From positions 104,136,944-104,200,943 of the forward strand of contig JAUZTB010000098.1 in the NCBI GenBank assembly GCA_034780895.1: a stretch of 64,000 nucleotides of DNA, in the 5' to 3' direction. Both the position numbers and the translations under genes were made by a program. A model generated the notes under the pieces. The model saw nothing but the letters and a program-made list of their open reading frames with translations. It ran no database searches and was not told where the DNA came from. Positions 45,150 to 64,000 of this stretch are shown piece after piece. The stretch's first letter is position 1. Each line of letters begins with the position of its first letter. The stretch is from Rhynchobatus australiae. Its lineage: Eukaryota.

Positions 45150-48100
45150 GTAGGGCGGCAGGCAAGCAGGCAGGCGGTGGCGGTGGCCTTGCTAGCTAGC
45201 CGCCATCAAAGCTTCACCGGCTGCGGCCGCTACCGGTGCTCCCTGAAGCCGCGCCGCAACGACGTGCCCCCCTGAGGGCCCCGGTTATCTGATAGATAAA
45301 ACTTCTTGTGTTTTTTTTTGATCGAGTGTAGGCCCCGAGTTTCCCGTGTGCTTGTGCCCAGGCGACAACCGAAGGACATCTCTGTACCAGCACCAACTGA
45401 GCCTGCGCCTTGTTGTAGTGGTTTGCAGGAGTTTTGTTTACAGTCTCCCTTTTTCTGTTGGGGGCTGGTGATCTTGTCCTTTTAAGCTTGGTGGTTAGAA
45501 AATGTGCTTTGATCCTGTGGTGGTTGTTTAGGTTAAATGATACTTCTTTAAGACGTTCTTACTATCTCGTTTCATTTTATGTGCCTTCTCCTTAGGCTAA
45601 TTTAATTTAGAGAAAAAAATAATTAAGGCCATTGCGTAACTGGCTGTGTCCGGAAATCGAGTACTGTAAAATGATTCCTTGGTTAATAAATTTTGTTTGC
45701 AGGCTGGTATGATTAAATGCATCCTTGCTACATGGGTATTTAAAGCATTAGGTTAGATATTCTTAATGATTTGGATGTGCTGTTTGTTATGGAAAAAGGA
45801 ATTTTTACTATGTAGAAGGATTCAATTTAGTGTAATTTCAAACCCAACTCATATTTGAAGTAAACCATAGGCTGAACTCGGATTATGATTTCCGAGGGGG
45901 GAAAATAACAGGAATAAGACGCAGAAAAGGTTTTTAGTCTATAGTTGATGGTTGTAAACATGTCGTTCTGGTGGAAGAATTGGTAAAAGTTTAATGTTGT
46001 CTTGTGTACTTTTCTACATGTGGCACATTTCAGTTTCTATCTTGAGTTTTTTTAAAGACCTGAGTTGTTAGATGCACATCTGCTGAATCATAAAACTCGT
46101 TAATTTGGTGTTTTGGCCTGTTTACGTTTGTTGGAGTGTTTACGTGAAGTCGACTGCTTCACAGTCAGTTGAAACCACCTTTGGCATCTTGCACTATGTA
46201 TCCCTTTTTAATTTAAAAAATTTAAAGAATTTAAACAGGTTTTTAAAGTTGTTACTGTCTTAATTACACCAAAATGTAAGTGTTTGAAATGCTGACTTTA
46301 TTTATATGTGAGCAATTGCTGATTATTTTTTCCTAGGGCTTGAGTAGGCGGATACACAGTAGAAGATGACTACGGTTGAAGATTCCTTTTTTTCTCCTAT
46401 TAGCCTTGTTTCTACTAGTGAGTTAATCCATGTTTACAAATAATAAAGAAAATGCATCATGTTATATCCCATTTACAGTTTATGATGATTTGACAATATA
46501 TTAAAGTGTTGAGTAAAATTTGTTTGTAAACTCCCAGGCCCTAGAATGAAAACCTGAGCTCATGCTGTTTTGTTTGCTAGGTCTGCCATTTTGAGGACAG
46601 AATGAGATTGACAACTTGTTTTAGACTACCATGTCTGCTCAACATGCATTCAACACAATGCCAAAGCTGCAGCTTATTGTGCCACTATTAATATTGAAGT
46701 TGATTTTTTTAAAAAAGCTTGCAAATTAGCAGACTGTATTAGTGAATTATGGGTTTGCTAAACTTGGGGGAACATGAAAAAGCTTTTAATTCTAATTGTC
46801 CATCCAGGATTTGACAAGGACCTAGTTAGTGGGGAATACCATCCTGTGAGGCATTAGTGCTCAATTATTTCTTTAGATTTTATTATCAGTTTAAATATGT
46901 TTGGTATGATCTTGGAACAATATTAATACCTTTAACAAAAATACAATAAATTGTCTGAGGGTATACTTGTGTGCATAATGGGCTCTCATTCATCAATCTG
47001 TAATAAACCAAATTTTGATATGTAGAGTTTAAAATTAGTTTTAAACAGATTAGTTGGTTTTAATTTTGTTCTGAAATCCAAGTGTGAAATTCTTTCCCAC
47101 TTATCCTATCTTGCTTGCCTGCTTTTACTCCTAGATTGCAACTTGACTCTGAACAATTATAGAATATTTTCTAAAAATCCTAAAATCTGTACATTACCTG
47201 TTTTGCAGTCAGTGTCAATATTCCCCTCCACAACAAATCAGTAGAAACAAGATTTTTACATTTTATATTGCGTGAAGTGCTGTACTGCTGCTGCAAAACA
47301 ACAAATTTCAGACATAAGTCAGTGATAATAAACCTGATTCTAAAATTGGGAAAGCCTGTATTAACTGACAGCTTTATTTTTAGAATCAGTCATTTGCATA
47401 GTTCACTGGACAAGTATCACAACCCTTTTTATTTTCATTCCAAAAGGATGGGAGGTAAATTAGATTATTCTCCTCCCTTTGATTTTAAAATTTGTTAGCT
47501 GTGAAGGGCCCAACTTTGTGATCAGATGGCAGAAAGCGTTTTGGGTTTAGTCGTGAATCAAAGTTCACTTTTTGAGTAGCAATGTTATGATTTTAAAATA
47601 TCCTATAGGATTTAAATTTTGAAATAATTTGTTATTTAGTATTTCCATTCTTTTTTCCCTTTTCTGTGTAACAATAAAATAATTGTTGGCCTCATTTGAG
47701 TACTATATATGCCTGTACTTCAATCCCTTATTCAAGTGACCATTTGTGTTTTGATTGTAGTCATTTAGAATCCACACTGTAAAGTGCCTTGTAGCTAACC
47801 TTGTGTCTGTCCTGCCTGATATTGATATGCATTTGGGAATCCATTTAAAGCTATTGGGAGCTGAAACCAGAAGTAGTTGCATCATTTAGGAATTGCATCT
47901 AACACAGGTTGTATTCAAACCAACAACTTGGTTTGTACAGCTGTACTGTTTCATGCATTAACTTAGTGAGCTAATCATCATGAATTATAAAGTTGCTTTG
48001 GATTTTTTGCACCCTTTGTTGCATGGTTCTGTCATAAACAGTTGTGGTAGGCCTCTGTCTGTAAAAAGATGGTAAGGTGAGGAAAATGCTGTAGAGTTCC

Positions 48101-50605
48101 CCAGCTATTGCTTCTTGGTCATCTTGTTAACAATAAAAAATATTTTTTTAATGCTAATATTGATTCTGGTGACTGACAGAGTTGGGGTTTAGAGCAGAAG
48201 GGAGTGAAGAAAGGAAACTTTGCAACTGACTTCAGTTCAGGCATTGTTATTCTGTATGCATAAATGCTTTCACTAGAGGTTACAAATGAATATTTGGGAG
48301 CATGATGGACCAGTTTCTCCTCCTTGAGTCCAAGGGCATTGCTTGAAACCTTGTGCAGAGTTTAAGTAAGAGATTAAATTTTTGTTCTGTGCAACACTTG
48401 TCCTCTGAAATGTGCTTTAAGTTTAGGTCCTCGAGTAATGGATTTAAGTTGTTTTATGGTCAAAATTGCACTAGTACTTTGCTTCTGAGACTTGGGTAAT
48501 GTTTAAACCAGACGTGTGATTACAAATCAATTTACAAGTGGGGACCTGATGAGAAGTATGGATACTCTAAGCTGTTCCAAGCTAGTACAAGTTTTCAATA
48601 TAAAACTGCTCTAATTTGACACTAACAATATCATGCTAAAATCTTGTAGACCAATTTTCAACTTTCTGCTAAATCCTGCACACCAATGTCTCTGGCATTT
48701 TTTTTGTTGTTGGTTCTATGTACCGTATATAATTGCTCTAACAAGTTAAGTTGATCTGAAAATAAGTGTGCAATATGAATAACATTTGAAAACCACCAAG
48801 ATCAGATCCAGATATCTTTTGAGTTAGTTACTTTTTTTTCTTTTTCCCCAATAAATAGGTTCTTAAGCTCAGCTATCTTCTGGATTAACCCAATCTTTCC
48901 AAACTGTAGTATGGTTGTGGATCAGTAAATCCCATGGTGACCTATCTTTTGTGTTTCAATCTACCCAACAATTTGTGATTCATTTACCACAATCTGTTTC
49001 TGATCACATTCTGCTCTACTTTCCCTTCAATTTTACTTATCTGGTGCATTGATAAAAACCAAAGACTGCAGTTGTTGGAAATCAATTAAAAAGAGAAAAT
49101 GCTAGAAGTACTGAGCAGGTCAGGCGTCCTTGGTGGAGAAAAGATCTGAAACTTTAATTGTGTTTCTCCTTCCACAGATGCTGTCTGACCTTCTATTTCC
49201 AGTGTTTCCCATTTTTATTCTAGGTCATTGAATTGTTATTGGACTAGAACTTTGAGGAAACATTTGGAAAATAACATAGGAATAGCATGCCAGCTTGTGT
49301 GGTAAAACAGTTAGGAAAATTCACACTTTAAACTTGTATTTTATGCACAAGTTTCCTCAAACTTGTGTGCCAGTTCAGCAATCCATTGCTTTGGTAACAT
49401 AGCCCCACCCCATGGATTGTTCACGGCATTTATGGCACATCAGAACCAACTTTTTTACGCACAGTTTTAAGTACTGTAGAACCAAAAAAATGCAGCATTT
49501 ATAACATGCTATTTTAATAGTATTTTGGTCTTCTACCAGAAACCTGTATTCATTTCTCTAAATCCTTAAAAGCATTCATGACACCAGATTGTGTCACAAA
49601 ATACTTGAGCTCCCACAATTAAATTTAGTGTGCAAAGTTAAGGTTTGATGCCTTCAAAAAGATTTTTTGAAAATTCTGGCCAGTTAGAGTAGTGACCAGT
49701 GAATTCTTGTATAACTTCCTGGTAATGTCATTTGAGAAATTCCTGGGTGCTCATTGGTAGTAATAGGAAGCAGTTATTTAGAAAATCAAGTAATAGGTTG
49801 ATGGAAAATATTGCCTATTCTTCTCTCTGGGATGTATATGCATTTGTGGGTGAATGAGATGAGAAACAAGTCAGTAGAGCAACCTTATTGTTAGAGTGGT
49901 GGCTGAGTGATTCAGAAATTGTTCAAATCCCACTGACCAGCAGGGAAGATAATCTGGCTAGTGGGTTGATGCCATGTTATTGTAAATAACATAAAACTTT
50001 TCTCTCAAATCTGGAGGAGAAATAATCCTCCACTCTTAGCTGGTCTGGCCTTTATGTGACTGACACTAAATACCCTTGAGGCAAGTAAGGATGAGGCTTG
50101 ATACTAACTCAAGAAAATCACTGCATTCCAAGGTGTATCACTAATAATCTAAGCAAAGCAAATACTCCACTTGTCCAACAGGGTTTCTTGTATAATCCAA
50201 ACCAGTAGGAGTTTTGGTCCCATTTACAGATAGGCTTAAAACTGCTTGATAAGAAAGACTATCAAATTAGAAACCTCAGTGATCTACATTTTATGACAGT
50301 TGTTTTCAGTCTGTCTTTTAGCAACCTACTTTATCTAAGTTCTCTTGTCTACAGAGGGGCATTTATTTAAAGGAGCTGAGATAGCAGCCCATTTTTGTTT
50401 TAAAATATCTCATGGCCTACCTGGATGTTATATCCCCTGCTTTGAAAGTCAACATTTTGTGACATTTACATCTTTTAATATTGACCTTATGTGGGGAGAA
50501 ACCTTCTTTTTCATTTGGCCAAGTTGGGGTGATGCATCATTAAGTGCTTGCATGTTCATATGTACTTATTTTCAACTACTTGCTTTTATTTCATGTGCCT
50601 TTTAT

Positions 50606-50640
50606 CTCTCTCTCTCTCTCTCTCTCTCTCTTATATATAT
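50606..50640. repeat. (TC)n followed by (TA)n microsatellite
   Basis: Directly visible. Confidence 0.9.
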
Positions 50641-51357
50641 CTGTTGTAACAGTTGTAAGAGTGGCTGCTTAAAAAAGTTATTTCCTCTACCCTTGAAAGA
50701 TTCTTTTACAGTACTTGGGAGAGAAAATAGTAATCTTGTGTTTCAATTCCTCAAACCTGTATGTGTATGTGTGCAGATATGATCCAATCACCTGATTTGC
50801 AATCAATTTAACGATAGAACAACCATACACTAAGGGTTGGAGTTGATCTTAAAAACTAATATAAAACCTATAAGAAATATTTCAGAAAAAACTTTATAGA
50901 TTACTTTGAAAATCACATGTTCTTAAGCTTTTGTGCGTCTTCTATTTGCCAACTGCTAAGCCACCTGGTATAGCATCCTTAATTGATTTATGCAGTTTTC
51001 CCATATTCTTGCAGTTTCACAAACTGCAATATTCCTGCAAGCCTGCAGTTTTGCTTTTGTATAAGCACTTGTCTTTAAGACTAATTACATGGATTTGAGG
51101 AGCTGCTGGTGGTCAGTTCATGGCCAAGCCATTATGCTGAAACCTCAACAGCTCCTGTATTGCTTGTTGGTTGCTGCCATAATATAAGCATGCTCTACTT
51201 GGCATTCCAGCTCATAATGGAGGAAACTGGTATACTTCTGAAATCCAAATTCCATCCTCAGCTTGGACTTGATTGTAAGATAAAAGTGAACATTGGGAAA
51301 TATAGACTAAATGATGCTTAGTTTAATTTACATTAAGGTTTAAAAGTAAGTATTTAA

Positions 51358-62980
<11,623 letters not shown>

Positions 62981-64000
62981 TGAGCTGATGCAGNNNNNNN
63001 NNNCAGCAACATACTCAAATTACGGAATTCTGACCAGCTTTGGAACATGGGTTAATTTTGAAACCTGAACTATTTTTATTTATAAATTCAAATTTTATTG
63101 TTTTTCTTTGAGTACTTGTATGTGTATTGCCTAGGTTCTTTAGTAATGTTGATTAGTTTCTTGTTAACTGCTGAGAAAGAAATGTTTAATAAAACTATTT
63201 TGTCTTTTTAAATATAAATTTCTTCTCTTTATTGCATACATTTAATAAGTGTCTGGAGCTAAAGATGGGAGTTCTATTCTTTGTAAGATCATCAAACATT
63301 CCTAGCATAATGTGCGGTAGTGGGTGAAAAATTGGATGGAACACATTTTCTGAGCTGTCTATCTTGTGCATTACTCTATTCCAGAATGTTTTATCAGCTC
63401 CCTCCCTAATGGCCCTCATTCATCTATTAACCCATTGGCTCCAACAGCATTGTTACCTGGATAATCTTGGTCTCCACCCTACAGAAATTTATAACACATT
63501 TGTTTTCTCAATTCTGCAATCTTGGTGAAGGGTCATTATCCTTTCTCTGCATGGAATGCTGCCTGACATGCTGAGGGTTTCTAGCACTTGCTGCTGGACC
63601 AGTTTAGATTGAGTTAATAGAGCTATAAATCTGCTGTAGAATCTCAATGATTACAGCATGGAAGGAGAACATAAAAATGGGAACAGGAGTAGGCCATTGG
63701 TCCTTGGTGGCACTCTTCACCTTTCAATAAGATCATGGTAGTTATGTTTTGGCTGGGGTGCTATTAGGCAATCAATCAGGACAGACCAAGGATCGGTGTC
63801 TTTACCCACAGGGCCTGTAAAGGGAGACTCCGGTGAAAGGCAAATTTCTATTGAGTTTGTGGGCCTTGTGTTTGTTGTTGATCTAGTATCTCTACACCTG
63901 TGGAGTAACAGTTGATTAATTAGCAAATGTAATATGGGAAAATTTAAGGTACCAAGTGTATTGACTGAATATCTTCAATCCATGTACCACAATGAGAGAT

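Noticed and set aside
46337-46380. Acceptor-like tttttcctag in CBX3 intron 1, considered as the exon encoding the mammalian MASNKTTLQ extension
   Set aside because: No matching peptide and no strong donor follow.

Overview
This is AT-rich vertebrate genomic DNA from a draft assembly with several N-gaps. The repeat content (V-SINE/HE1-like and Deu-SINE-like elements, CR1, RTE, Tx1, Penelope-like elements) suggests a cartilaginous fish (inference). The window holds the conserved head-to-head pair HNRNPA2B1 (minus strand; 10 coding exons, 23623-44324, plus a multi-intron 3' UTR reaching about 19.6 kb) and CBX3/HP1-gamma (plus strand; 4 coding exons, 51412-62154, 176 aa). They share a short CpG-rich bidirectional promoter at about 44.1-45.4 kb, the region orthologous to the human A2UCOE. 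Most entries in the ORF track are spurious or LINE remnants. Points worth follow-up: (1) the hnRNP A2 M9/PY-NLS exon breaks off before the R..PY motif; (2) a set of strong 3' UTR splice sites consistent with AS-NMD autoregulation; (3) a ~250-bp diverged direct repeat bracketing the last CBX3 exon; (4) a pre-miRNA-like hairpin at 5676-5762 within a hairpin-rich 1.2-kb block; (5) Penelope-derived foldback elements with degenerate hammerhead-like cores; (6) an unexplained decayed coding-like block at about 11-15 kb. I found no clearly novel multi-gene system. All comparisons to human or to repeat consensus sequences are from memory, not from alignments.
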